A stretch of 63,895 nucleotides of DNA, counting the filler, from Octopus bimaculoides (taxonomy: Eukaryota): NCBI RefSeq assembly GCF_001194135.2. It is 5 parts of 5 records of this genome, joined end to end, with 100 filler letters (N's around TTAATTAATTAA, not from the genome) between each part and the next. Parts side by side here need not be neighbours in the genome. Positions count along the whole stretch, not along the records: positions 1 to 31,264 come from NC_068987.1; positions 31,365 to 47,227 come from NC_068983.1; 3 more parts are not named here. The stretch is one strand, 5' to 3'. Within the stretch, counting starts at the first letter, position 1. Every line of letters begins with the position of its first letter. A model generated the notes under the pieces. That model saw nothing but the letters and a program-made list of their open reading frames with translations, had not been told where the DNA came from and did not search any database. A program made the translations under genes and the position numbers. Positions 23,701 through 37,300 of the stretch are shown here, in pieces.

Positions 23701-24959
23701 AGTCTGATTATGATTTCCAAAGTTAACTTAAAAGTTAAATCATTAACGAAAATGTTAACTTCGTTAATTAACAGATTAATGGTTTGATGCCCAATGTTTG
23801 GTGTGGTCTGATGGGTATAGGGTGAGATATAAACTGGTACTCCATAAGTTACAATGATGAGGGTTCCAACTGATCTGATCAACAGAACAGCCTGCTCATA
23901 AAATTAACACACAAGTGGCTGAGCACTCCACAGATACATGTACTCTTAACGTAGTTCTCAGGGAGATTTAGTGTGACAAGGCTGGCCCTTTCAAATACAG
24001 GCACTACTCATTTTTGCCTGCTGAGTGGACTGGAGCAATGTAAAATAAAGTGTCATCCTCAAGGACAATGCATCGCCAGGAATTGAACTCACAATCTCAT
24101 GATCATGAGCTGAATACCCTAACCATTAAGCCACATGCTTTCACGTGTAGTAAATGGCAAACAGGAGTGAGTGTGGTCAATGGGAAATGTGAAAGAAGGG
24201 TGAGAATGTAAGAGTGAAAGATGGTTGTCAGTAGGGTGTTACTCAGGGGAGGAATGCTTTTAATGTGACACTAGCACCTGCAGAGTCAACAAGTAACTCG
24301 CAAGACAAAGAGAGGAAGGGGTCATTGGAGGAGGTGGCCCTGTGCCAGGTGATGCGAGGTAAGAGTGTGACAAAAGAACAGAAAAAGATGTCTTGCTATA
24401 GAAGAGATACATCGTTACCCCAGCCAGAGAGAGAAGCAAGAGAATGAGTGAGAGAGATGGTGCCGATGTGTCAGGCTCTCGAGGTACAGGGATGAGAATA
24501 TAAATGGGATTCTAGAATATTGCCAAGCATGCATGAGTAGGGAGTAATGAGTTCACCTGAATGCAATGAGGGAGATGTATATATAGGTGCAGGAGTGGCT
24601 GTATGGTAAGTAGCTTGCTTACCAACCACATTCCAAGTTCAGTCCCACTGCATAGCATCTTGGGCAGGTGTCTTCTACTATAGCTTTGGGCCAACCAAAG
24701 CCTTGTGAGTGGATTTGGTAGACGGAAACTGAAAGATACCGGTCATATATATGCGTGTGTGTATGTATGTATATATATATATATATATATACTACACTCT
24801 CTGAGTGGTTGGCGTTAGGAAGGGCATCCAGCTGTAGAAACTCTGCCAAATCAGACTGGAGCCTGGTGTTGCCATCCGGTTTCACCAGTCCTCAGTCAAA
24901 TCGTCCAACCCATGCTAGCATGGAAAGCGGACGTTAAACGATGATGATGATGATGATGA

Positions 24960-24992
<33 letters not shown>

Positions 24993-26535
24993 NNNNNNNN
25001 NNNNNNNNNNNNNNNNNNNNNNNNNNNNNNNNNNNNNNNNNNNNNNNNNNNNNTATGTGTGTGTGTGTGTATGTTTGTGTGTCTGTGTTTGTCCCCCCCA
25101 TCAACACTTGACAACCAATGTTGATGTGTTTACGCTCCTGTAACTTAGCGGTTTGGCAGGAGATCCAATAGAATAAGTACTAGGCTTACAATGAATAAGT
25201 CCTGAGGTCAATTTCTTCGACTAAAGGCGGTGCTCCAGCATGGCTGCAGTCAATGACTGAAACAAATAAAAGAATATATATATATACTCACACACACATA
25301 TATATATGTGTGTGTGTGTGGAGGTGCAATGACCCAGTGGTTAGGGCAGCAGACTCACGGTCGGAGGATTGCGGTTTCAATTTCCAGACTGGGCATTTTG
25401 TGTTTATTGAGCAAAAACACCTAAAGCGCCACGAGGCTCCGGCAGAGGATGGTGGCAATCACTGTTGTACTCTTTCTCTCACTCTTTCTTCCTGTATCTT
25501 GAGTGATGCTGCGATGGACTGGTGTCCCATCCAGCTGAGGGGAACACATACACCATAAAAGCTGGGAAACCGGGCCCATGAGCCTGGCTATATCATACAT
25601 CATCTTGTGATATTCTTAAACATGTCAGTGATGTTACCTGGACTCATTGACTGTTTCAGATCTTTCAACAATCAGACGCACCCCCACCCCCACCCCCGAT
25701 CAGGAGAGGCCAGCTGGAGTCGATGAAACGCCAGCTTGTATCTAACGAGTACTAGTCATCTTGCTAACTCCAAAGCTACTTATTATAATCACTGGTAACT
25801 GTTTTCAGACTGTTGTGAGTCCCAAACCTGTATCCTCCTGTTTAATCTTATAATATCATAATTAGCCGGTTAATGTTATCAAAAAAGACAACCTAAGCAA
25901 TCACTGTATGCATGCGTGTGTGTGTGTGTGTGTGTGCGCGCGCTATATATAACTTATATACTTACGTGAGTGCGGGAAAAACAATAGAAGGCAAATGGAG
26001 CTCGTTATGCCATTAAAAATATAATTAACGTTTTTGCGCGCACACGTGTTTGTTGTATATGTGTACATGTATGTATGTTTATGCGTGAATACGTGTGCGT
26101 ATCTATGCACATATATGTGTTTGTGAGTGAGTGGGAGACCACGCACTTGTCAGCAACCACTATAGAAAGGCAAGTTGCTGTTGATAGAATCATTTAAAAT
26201 CAATGAGGGAGGCTAAGTTAGACAATACAACAAGTCGTGTTGACAAATAGTTCAGTAATTAAAGGTGGAAGAATATCATAATAGCGGGAGATGAAAAAAA
26301 CAAAAAGAGGGAGTGATGCTTATAATGGCAAAGAAAGGTGGTAGCGGTGGCGATGTTGTTGATTGTTGGGGTTTATAGGTACAGAATCGATGGTTATAGG
26401 TACATTATAAATAAACATGTTGAGAAAATTGATGACCAGATATTGAGAAGGAAAGAAGGCATATAGACGAATAGAGAGAAAAAGAGATGAAAGGAGTCGT
26501 GGTAGAGAGAGAGAGAGGTGGGCTTAGAGATGGTG

Positions 26536-26640
26536 ATATTTAGCTGAAGTAACAGAGTGACTCAAGGTCCAAGAGTTTTGTGCGTTCGCACTTCTCAAAC
26601 CTCTCGGACCTTGAGTCACTCTGTTACTTCTGCTAAATAT
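26536..26640. repeat. 105-nt hairpin with 35-bp arms (34/35 match)
   Basis: 26536-26570 is the reverse complement of 26606-26640. Confidence 0.95.
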
Positions 26641-26858
26641 TCTTTTCTACTCTAGGCACAAGGCCCGAAATTTTGGGGGAGGGGAGGGGTCCAGTCGATT
26701 AGATCGACTGCCAGTACGCAACTGGTACTTAGTTTATCTACCCACAAAAGGATGAAAGGCAAAGTCGACGTCGGCGGAATTTGAACTCAGAACGTAAAGA
26801 CAGACGAACTTCTGCTAAATATTAATAAAAATATACTTACATCAACATAACTATATAT

Positions 26859-26859
<1 letters not shown>

Positions 26860-26913
<54 letters not shown>

Positions 26914-26918
26914 CATAC

Positions 26919-26977
<59 letters not shown>

Positions 26978-26985
26978 TAGATATA
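26860..26985. repeat. (AGAT)n microsatellite; also (CTAT)n at 43716-43782
   Basis: Direct inspection. Confidence 0.95.
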
Positions 26986-27490
26986 TATACATAATTAAGG
27001 GATCAGCAAATATTTGCTTCACCATATANNNNNNNNNNNNNNNNNNNNNNNNNNNNNNNNNNNNNNNNNNNNNNNNNNNNNNNNNNNNNNNNNNNNNNNN
27101 NNNNNNNNNNNNNNNNNNNNNNNNNNNNNNNNNNNNNNNNNNNNNNNNNNNNNNNNNNNNNNNNNNNNNNNNNNNNNNNNNNNNNNNNNNNNNNNNNNNN
27201 NNNNNNNNNNNNNNNNNNNNNNNNNNNNNNNNNNNNNNNNNNNNNNNNNNNNNNNNNNNNNNNNNNNNNNNNNNNNNNNNNNNNNNNNNNNNNNNNNNNN
27301 NNNNNNNNNNNNNNNNNNNNNNNNNNNNNNNNNNNNNNATAGATAGATAGATAGATATAGAGAGAGAGAGATGTGTGGACTGGTGCGAAGACATGAAGAG
27401 GGAATGAAGCGATGTAGAAGGGGATAAAGGTATGGCATGAAACAAAAAGAATGATGGTGGGAGAGACCAGAGACGTAGAGAGAGAGAGAG

Positions 27491-27526
<36 letters not shown>

Positions 27527-28056
27527 ATTGTGGAAATATAATGGAGAAAGTGAAAGTGAGAAAGAAATTTGAAATGGGAAGAAAGAAGATAAAAAGAAAA
27601 GGTGAAATTGAAGTTATGGAAAGTGTAGAGGAAGAGAGAGAGGAGGAGAGTCAATGAAGCGATGAAAGAGAAGAAGGTGAGAGAGAGAGCGTGAGTGGAG
27701 TGAGTGAACGAAAACGTATGGAGTGTATCAGAAGGGGAGGATTGTGAGGAAAAGGTTAAACAGATAGAGAGAGGGAGAGAGAAGCGATCCGAAATACAAG
27801 TAGGAAAGAAAGAGCGAAAAAGGAGCATGCGGTAGGGGAAAGGATGGATTGATTGAACAAGAAGAGGAGGTTAAAAGTGGGAGGAAGGAAAATGAGGAAG
27901 GTTATGGAAAAGGTGGAAACAGTGAGGAAAGGGGAAATACGGGAAGTGGAATACTTAAAGGCAGAAGTGGTGGGAGGAAGGGGAGTAGTAAGAAAATAAT
28001 GAGAATGAGGGAGAGAGGGGTAGAGCGTAAATTTAATGTATGTGTGTGTATATATA

Positions 28057-28087
<31 letters not shown>

Positions 28088-28557
28088 ACACACATGTATA
28101 CACATCAAAAATATCTGTATTTGCACAAGCGTGAGTGTGTATGTGTGTGTTTGTGTGAGAGAGAAACAGTTAAAGAACTGTTGAAATAAAACAAATATAC
28201 ATACATGTACATATTGAGTGTGAGATCAATCGATCGATCAATAGATAGATAGATGGATGGACAGAAGTGCTATTAAATTAGCAACTATGGGATTTAAAAC
28301 AATGTGTGTTGAAAGAAGCGAGAAAGTGAGATGGAAACACTGCGATCTATCATCAACAGAAAAACACAATCGATTAAATTAATGAACAAACTCTCTCTTT
28401 CTATCTTCTTCTTTTACTTCCTCTCAAGCACAATATATACTGCCTCTAAAGCTCTTCTTTCTCCTTCTCTCTCTCTCAAGACACTTTTTCGACCTCTTCT
28501 CTCTGTTTTCTCTGTTTCTCTCTCAATCTTACTCTTCCTATCAGTCTTTCACACACA

Positions 28558-28612
<55 letters not shown>

Positions 28613-29222
28613 ACCTTTTCTTGTGGTTACCAATCACTGCCGACACTACCATCACTGCCACTAAAATCAATACAACCACAACAGCAGCCAGAGCTAACAT
28701 TTCATTCATTGTAGCAGATCTGGGCATTAATATCATCACCTATCTTCTATCATCAGGTTTGTAGCCGCTTCAAGGCGTACGGATCAACCCAGGTGAGAGA
28801 TATGTATATAAATACATGTACATACGTTTATACATTTAAAAAAATCCTTTTGTTCTGAACCTTGCTTCTGTTTTAGTTTATTTTCTTCAATGCTCGTCAC
28901 CTTCTAAATAAATAACTAATTTTATTTTAATTTTCGGTACCTCAACACCTCTCCCGTATTTTTTTTTCCCCGTTGTACACTGTAACACTATGTGCGTGTG
29001 TGTAGAGAGAAGTATAGACATGTATTATGTTCGTTTACAAATGAATACACTCAACAGCATGTATTGAGTACGTAATCCATTTCTTTGTTTATCCAACTAT
29101 ATCTGGTGGTGGGGTCAGTGGTATGTATGTGTGTACATCTGAATGAGTATTTATGTTTGCATGTATGTATGTATATTGTATCTGTCTGTATATATGTGTG
29201 TGTATATACACACACACACATC

Positions 29223-29254
<32 letters not shown>

Positions 29255-29366
29255 TGTATGTATATATAAATACATATATATACGTATATATGTGTATGTG
29301 TGGATATACAAACATACATATAGATAGATGTGTATATATATTTCTATCTATATACATATATATAGC

Positions 29367-29430
<64 letters not shown>

Positions 29431-29464
29431 CATATATATCTATATCTACATGTGCGTGCATGCA

Positions 29465-29496
<32 letters not shown>

Positions 29497-30549
29497 TATG
29501 TATCTACATTATCCTCCACATTATTGAATTTTGTATTCTTGAAAATTTTGCCAGCATGTGAAATAATTCTATTACACAAAAACTTATTTTGCTATTGGTT
29601 TCCACATAATAAATTTTTAAAAAAGCCTCCTTTTCTTTTGCTAATACGAATGGGAATAATATAACAACAACAATAATAATAATAATGGTTTCTGATTTAG
29701 GCACAAAGCCAGCAATTTTGAGGGGAAGGTGTAGCTTTATACCACTCCAGCCTCATCTGGTATTTCACTGCTGCTTTTACTTTTATCGTGCCCTGAGGGA
29801 TAAATGGCAAAACTGACCTCAGTGGTATTTGAACTCAATTAGGAAAAAATACTGCAAATCATTGGTTTTAATTTTTATTTTTTCACAATACTCTAACGTG
29901 TCTGCCAGCTCACTACCATTTCTATGCATGAAAATATCAATTTTTAACACGTACTCAGTGTACATAAAAAAGAAACTTTTAATGTAAAATACATTAGGAA
30001 AGAAATAAGAACACAGTAATGTCAGTTTCTGCTATGTACTTACCACAAATAATGTTGACTGCTGTGTAATAGATGGTGATGTAATGGAAGTTGGTGAGAG
30101 GCACTATCTTCTGCCATGCAGATCACCATCATAGGCATCTGTTTCAAGGGTGAACAGCTTTCCAAAGTTGTTTGACATCTCCATATTGTTTTCTGTTTCT
30201 TGTTTATGAAACAGAAAATGATATAGAGAAGGGTATCTTATATTGCAAGCTGCATGGCGACTTCACTAGTGCTGGTGCCATGAAAAATAGCACCCAGTAC
30301 ATGGTGTAAAGTGGTTGGTGTTTGGAAGGACATCCAACTGTAGAAACCATGCCAAAGTTGACATTGATGCATGATGCTGTTCTCTAGCAATTCAGATCCT
30401 GTCAAACCATCCAACCTATGCAAGTATGGAATATGGACATTAAATGATGATGATGATGATAAAGAATTAAAAGTTTAGAATGGTATAACAATGCACTATA
30501 GAACAAAAAATGGACTATACACCTGTTGTAATTTGGTTATCTATAGTCC

Positions 30550-30585
30550 GATGATATTTCGGAATTACTATTCCTTCGTCAGATC
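30550..30585 (-). ncRNA. Minimal type I hammerhead ribozyme motif of the Penelope type
   Basis: Minus strand GAT-CTGACGA-A-GGAAT AGTA ATTCC-GAAA-TA-TC^ATC: intact core, 5-bp stem II, palindromic AUAU stem III, 3-bp stem I, AUC cleavage triplet. Confidence 0.75.
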
Positions 30586-30589
30586 TTCT

Positions 30590-31264
30590 TTGCTGGAGGA
30601 CATACCATTTCTTTGTATGGCTCTGTGTATAAAAAAGAGTTCATTATGAACTCCTCTTGTAATTATGCTATGTTATCATGAGAATTGTTATCAGCAAAGA
30701 CTTGAAGACCTTCTTTTATAAATGCCAACCCTTTAGATATATTCCTCACAGTCAACTGAAGCGGTGTGGGTGAAGTGTCTATGCCCTGTCCTTGTCCTGC
30801 AGTTCCCTCTGCTTCTAACATCATCACCTCCTTATCAAACATACTTTCTTAATGACACACTAGTAACTCAAACGCATCATCCTCTATGACTTCATCAAAC
30901 TTACATCATATGCGAATTCAATATAGACAACTTGCTGATGATGGAAAATCTGCAAAGTCACTGATCTTGTCAAACACCAGTCATAGCTGAGGGTTTCACT
31001 TCATCTCATGAGTTGTTTAGGTTATCCACTGCATCCATTATGTTGCTCTTTTCCCAGCTTTATGTTTCCCATCAGTTTCCTTTATAAATTATTCCAAAGT
31101 ACTTCTCAGGTAATGTCTTGATGTTTGCTATCACACCCTGTTCCATCAGCTGGAGTTAAAAAAGTGTACTTAGGGATGTATTCCACTTTCACATTGTCAG
31201 AACATTTATGTTCACTGGGTGGCTTGGTGTTTTGTCTAAATGAAGCAATCCTTTGTTGGAAATA
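30590..31264 (-). mobile_element. Tigger/pogo-like transposase remnant (DDE_1 C-terminal part)
   Basis: NVKVEYIPK, LQLMEQGVIANIKT, NIMDAVDNL..S*DEVKPS, FDEVIEDDAFELLVCH, LTVRNISKGLAFIKEGLQVFADN; many stops and frameshifts. Confidence 0.7.
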
Positions 31265-31364
31265 NNNNNNNNNNNNNNNNNNNNNNNNNNNNNNNNNNNN
31301 NNNNNNNNTTAATTAATTAANNNNNNNNNNNNNNNNNNNNNNNNNNNNNNNNNNNNNNNNNNNN
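31265..31364. other. Artificial scaffold linker 44N-TTAATTAATTAA-44N (also 47228-47327, 58842-58941, 62517-62616)
   Basis: Identical 100-nt structure four times; stops in all six frames. Confidence 0.97.
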
Positions 31365-31412
<48 letters not shown>

Positions 31413-32341
31413 CGTGTGTGTGTGTGCGTGTGTGTGTAAGGATATAATCTGAAAGTATAAATTAGTGATTCATGCAAGAAAATTTTGACTTCCTCGAATA
31501 GCAACAAATTTCTGTCTTAAATGCCACTACAACGTTTTAAAAATAAGTAGGATATTGCGTAATATAGTCCCAGATTCTTTAAAGAAACATAATGTTTTCG
31601 GCTATAAATACAACCCGCTTCAACGGTCTTACGTTCATACAATTGCATAGAAAGGACTGATTTAGGTTTTCTTTTTATAAAATTAGTGTAAAGCAAGGCT
31701 GTACCTTAATATGATCAAATAAATCTATTAAGATTGAATTCCAATACTATTTTGAGAAATGAGCTAATTCCAAAAGCACGCAACCTTTACTTCGCTTCGG
31801 GGTTATTATTTATGAAAGGTGAAATCTAGATACAGAATTGTCGTTCTTTATCGAGCCATAAACGCATGACTAGTTAACATTATCTTTATAAAGAAACATT
31901 ACCTTCTCAATGCAAGGTAAATACGTAATCGTTTGTTGATATACTTAATTAACTAGAAAGCTGAAGCAATCAATATATTGAAACGTAACAACACATATAT
32001 GTATGTATGTGTGTGTATAGTACGTATATGTGTATACGAGTTCTGATGAATAAGTACCCGGACTTACGATCGTGAGGTTGTGAGTTCGATTCCCGGACCG
32101 GGAATCTTGAGCAAAACACTTTATTTCACGTTGCTCCAGTTGATTCAGCTGTAGAAATGAGTTGCGAAGTCACTGGTGCCAGCCTGTATCGGCCTTTGCC
32201 TTTCCCTTGGATAACATCAGTGGAGTGAAGAGGGGGAGGCCGATGTGCATGGGCGACTGCTGGTCTTCCATAAACAACCTGTCCTTGGAGGATAACTTTC
32301 TAGGTGCAATCCCATGGTCATTCATGACCGTAGGAGGTCTC

Positions 32342-32410
<69 letters not shown>

Positions 32411-33267
32411 CATGTATCTACGTATGTTCATGCAAAATGTAATTAAAGATGACCTTCAAATGCTTTCAAGAGATCAGAGTAAATTTCTGCCCTTCTATCA
32501 TTCAAAGGTGCCAAAATGCCGAGATTCAATCTATTGCAACCGCAGATCAATTGTGGAACAAGATCACAGTTTGTAAATTTTTTGATCACGCGTTTCAAAG
32601 TATTCGCTTGCTGACAATTGTTTCACTGGTCCAAATCCATTGTGTTCTGGTCTGTGATTTGTTATTACTGGTTTCGCTTTGTTTGAACTTCACACATCCG
32701 TACATATTGCTCTTGTTAATAGGGTAATCTGTGTAACTGACCATTATTCATATGCGGTTGTCTGATAGCCTGTACCCCTCCATCATTAATGACTCAATGA
32801 AAGTACATTTCTTCTCTTTACAAACCATTATTTGCCTGCAATGAGGAAGAACAGAAAGAAAAATTACTATAGAAGTTAATCTACGAACATACGCAAATTT
32901 AAAGGCCTGTGTCAGTTTTGCGTTACTTACCTTACACCTATCATGTATATGCTTATGTGTGTGTGTGCATGCGCATGTGTGCATGTGTGCGTGCGTATAT
33001 GTGTATGTGCGTGTGTATGTATGTGTGTATGTATGTATGCATGTATGTATATATAGAATGTTTGTTATCAATGAGCAAGGATAATGCTCAGTTGCCATTT
33101 CCTTCATGTATACGTGCCTGACATTGGCAAGAACATATGAATGCCGCATCAGAACGCATGCGCATATGCGCGCTGGCGTCTGGATGTCAATATCGAGTGA
33201 TCGTTGATCGTGACAGAAGGCTAAGAAGAAATTCTCAGTGTATGTGTGTGTGTGTGTTTGCGTGATG

Positions 33268-33316
<49 letters not shown>

Positions 33317-34212
33317 TATTTCTCTCTGCTTTTGTGCGCATGCATGTTTTCATTCGTATATGAATGTGTTTGGGAAATGAGATGTTAATCCCGGAACATG
33401 AAATAGAAATACGAAAGAGACGAAAAGAAAGCACAATTCAAAAAGAAAAAAAAAGGAGAAAATGCGAGCGATAGATTGAGAAGGAGAGGGAGAGAAGGAG
33501 TAGATAAAGTGAGAAGAAGGGTCAGAAAGGAAAAGGAGAGATAACTGGCTTAAAGAGTTGAAGTAAACAGAAATACTATTTAATCAGTTGCCTTTGAATG
33601 AATATTTGAAAGATAATAAAAATGACCTTTGTAATTATCTGGCTCTTCTTATTAATTGGCTAGATGGCTTTGATTCTATCAATTTTGTTCCATCTGCTTC
33701 CGTCTTTGATCTATTTCCTTCGAAGATATACCAGTCTGTAACTAGTAACTTCTTTCTATCTCCCATCCAATCTATTTCTCTGCCTTTCTAGCTGTTTATC
33801 TATTTATCTATCCAGCTAAGCAGTCTGTCAGCTAATCTAATACACATACACAAAGACACATTCATACCTACATATATATACATGCAAATATGTATACATA
33901 TGTGTATATATATATTTATGAACGTATGTGTGTGTATATTCATTTATTCTTCTCGTTACCCCAGCTATTGGCTGCAGCCATGCTGCGGACTGCCTTGAAG
34001 ACGTTAGTACATCAAAGCAACCTCAGTAGGCGTTTTTGAGTTTTCTACTTGCTCTCTCGTACTTATTCTGCAGAAATGCTAGCTTTTGGGGACGAAAACA
34101 AATTAACACAAGCCATGACACAAACGAAAAGATGCGCATGTACCTACACACTGAGGCACACAGACAAACACTCAAACACATATAAATATTTAAACTTACA
34201 AATATATACATA

Positions 34213-34263
<51 letters not shown>

Positions 34264-34335
34264 CTGCATATATATATATATATATATATANNNNNNNNNN
34301 NNNNNNNNNNNNNNNNNNNNNNNNNNNNNNNNNNN

Positions 34336-34371
<36 letters not shown>

Positions 34372-37300
34372 TGTGTGTGTGTGTGTTTGTATGTATGTAA
34401 GTATTGTAAATAAATGCCCTAAGCCCTATGGGATTTATAGAGATCAAGATGAAACATACATAGATTAGAATAATGCCGGTATTTCATGAGGTACCGAGGG
34501 AAATGTCCAGCGTACCCATACCATAAGTGTGTCCTAAAATGGGCAATCTGTATCCAGGAAGCAAAACCCGAAGCAAATACCACAAGAAAATCCCTGACTT
34601 GCTCTAACAATTTTGCCAGTCCAACACTCTAAACAGGTAAATTATTTATCGAATCGCGTCCCACAAGGATGAAAATAAAAGTTGACCTGGGTGAGGTAAG
34701 GTTTTATGCCAGGCTGAAAGGAACCAGAGGTTATTCGACTGATGCTGGTGTGCATCTGTCTATTCGCTTGGAAATAAAGTATGAAGAAAACAAACGTAGG
34801 TTTCTTTGGCCAAGCAAAGTGTAAGTGTAAATTACTGAAGAAATGAATTAGCCATTTAGCTATTTACGTAAGAAATAATTCCTCTCTGTGTTGCTTCTTC
34901 ATTTTTTATTTTATTCAAATATACATAGACATTGTCTGTGCTTTAGAGAAGCAGTGATAGAGAAACAAATTCCTATCTGTATGTGCCTATTTGAAGTCGT
35001 CGTCTCCATACGCACAATTCAACTGAATATCTGATGCACTTGGACAAAGAAATTAATATAAATGTGGTGGCATACTCTACAGGAAATTCCAGCCAAATCA
35101 TACTCGAGCCACCCTACCATTAAAAAAAGGATTTTTAGTGGCATATTTCTATCGTCTTCTGACATGTAGGATTCCGGAACCAAGATTTGCTAATTTTTCC
35201 ATGCTCCCATAATTTTTTTCTATTTTGTAGTAATATTATCACAAGTACTTGTTGTACAGCATAAATAAGAGAGTTGATTATGGTATTGACAAACTTATTT
35301 CACTGTAAACAAGTACCATGTGCAGACAATTTGTAGTTATGAGCCATTCAGTGAAGTAAGAAAAAAAGTCTAACTTCTCGGCACCGATTGGAAAAATATT
35401 ATCATGTACGTATGTATGTTTACAATAAGTAACACAGTAGGTAGGTTTCCTTGTAAGTATATTTGCTTGTACGCATGTTTCCAGTATGTATGATTTTAAC
35501 TATGTATGCTTGTATGTGCAGATGTAATTACGTATGCATGAATCTATATATCAATTCATTATTTTAATACAGAGAAGAAAAATGACAACATCATAGATGA
35601 TTGTTTTGATAAAAATATTATTTAGATAATAAATGATGGCTGATATATTGCAGATTCATATCAATAACTCTAATGGATAATTTTCGTAAAATATGTACTA
35701 TATAAATTGCTAATTATGAAAAAAAGTATATAATTCAGGCATGTATTCTCATACGCTCACAGATACACACATATAATCAAACGCACGCGAAAATACTAAT
35801 CATATTTATAGTGAGGAAACAGATGAAATGTCTGCAAAAGATAAGATATATAGAAACTCTATACAAACTGCTGTCGTCTCTGTCCTGAAAATGAATAGCA
35901 AAAAGTTCTCTTTTCTTTTTATTCTTTGGTTATTTATGCCAAAGTATTCAGTATAGAGTTTCATAAATTCTTCGAAAATAATAAGCATTCAAAAATGAAA
36001 TTGAAAGTAATTTAGTAATAACGAACGTTTTTGACATTTATCTATGACACTCTGGGATTTAGAAAGTCATTGAACTGAATGCCAGACTGAGGAACACACT
36101 GTTTTATTACTTCCGTCTCCTTCATTAAATTAACGTTTGTATTAACTTGGAATTTGTCATCTTGTCAGAAATTTGATGATACTTTCTTACATAACACGAT
36201 GTGTGATATCGTTATTGAAGATACTGGAAAGCTAGTGATAAAAATACATAATATTTCGAACTATTAACCTCGGCTTTAGAGCTGGAACTGCTTTTAATAT
36301 TTACATCAAGTAAGGCAATGAGCTGACAGAATCATTAACACGTCGGAAAAAATGTTTAGTAGGGTTTCGTCCGTCTTTTCGTTTTGGTTCCGAATAGCGT
36401 TTCATTATTTTGGGATGGATAAAATAAACACTAATCAAGATCTGGGGCTGATGTAATCCATTATGTGCTCCCTCAAGATTTCAGGCCTAAAAAAATTTGA
36501 ACCTAAAACAGATTTGTACCTAAAAAAATTAAAGAATAAAGCGGTGGATCAGCAGAAAGGAGAGAATATTGTACAACAAACCTCGATCTATTTTCGCATG
36601 TCTATGCTTGGATTTCGAATCCTGCTAATGTCTGTACTACTTTTCGTCCCTCAAAGCTTTATAATTTGGGTTGGGTTGCCATCCACGAACATAAAGATAA
36701 TCTTAATCGATTTTATGCTTACCACAAATACAAAACATTTCGTCTGCATTAGAGATCAATATTTATGTCTCCAATTTGGTTAGTGTGATCTAGGTTCGTC
36801 ATCAAATGTTTCACTTACGGATTTATACATATTACTAAAGTTTGATAGGAGCTAAAATTCTTTATTTTTACAGTAAAATCAATAACTTTATTTTCCAGTA
36901 AGTATTTGGCACACATATAACATAAATGGCTGCACAAAAATTTAACTTATACAAATATGCCACGCCTTTCTTCCATAGACTCTCTTTGATTAGCTTTCCA
37001 AGAGCACCGTTAATTTTATTGGTGCTGCTACACATATTCAAAGTTCAAAGCCAATAGAAGAACTTATCATTTCAGCTAAACAAAAAACGGTCAACTGTTC
37101 TAGTGACACAAAAGAACCTCAAAGCAATTTCAAAGTGGATTCTTCAAGTCAGCACTGAATTCCAGAAAATACCCTTTTGGTTTCAAAAATGCTTCAAAAT
37201 TTGTGTACACAATTAACGCATGCAGTAACTGATGTGTGATATTAAAATTAGAAACAAAACAAAAAAACTAACACTTTTCTCTCCTCTACCTTAAACTAGC

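Noticed and set aside
27340-28620. Purine-rich then pyrimidine-rich tracts giving EKR-rich or FLS-rich ORFs
   Set aside because: Low-complexity GA/CT sequence typical of this genome; no splice or domain support
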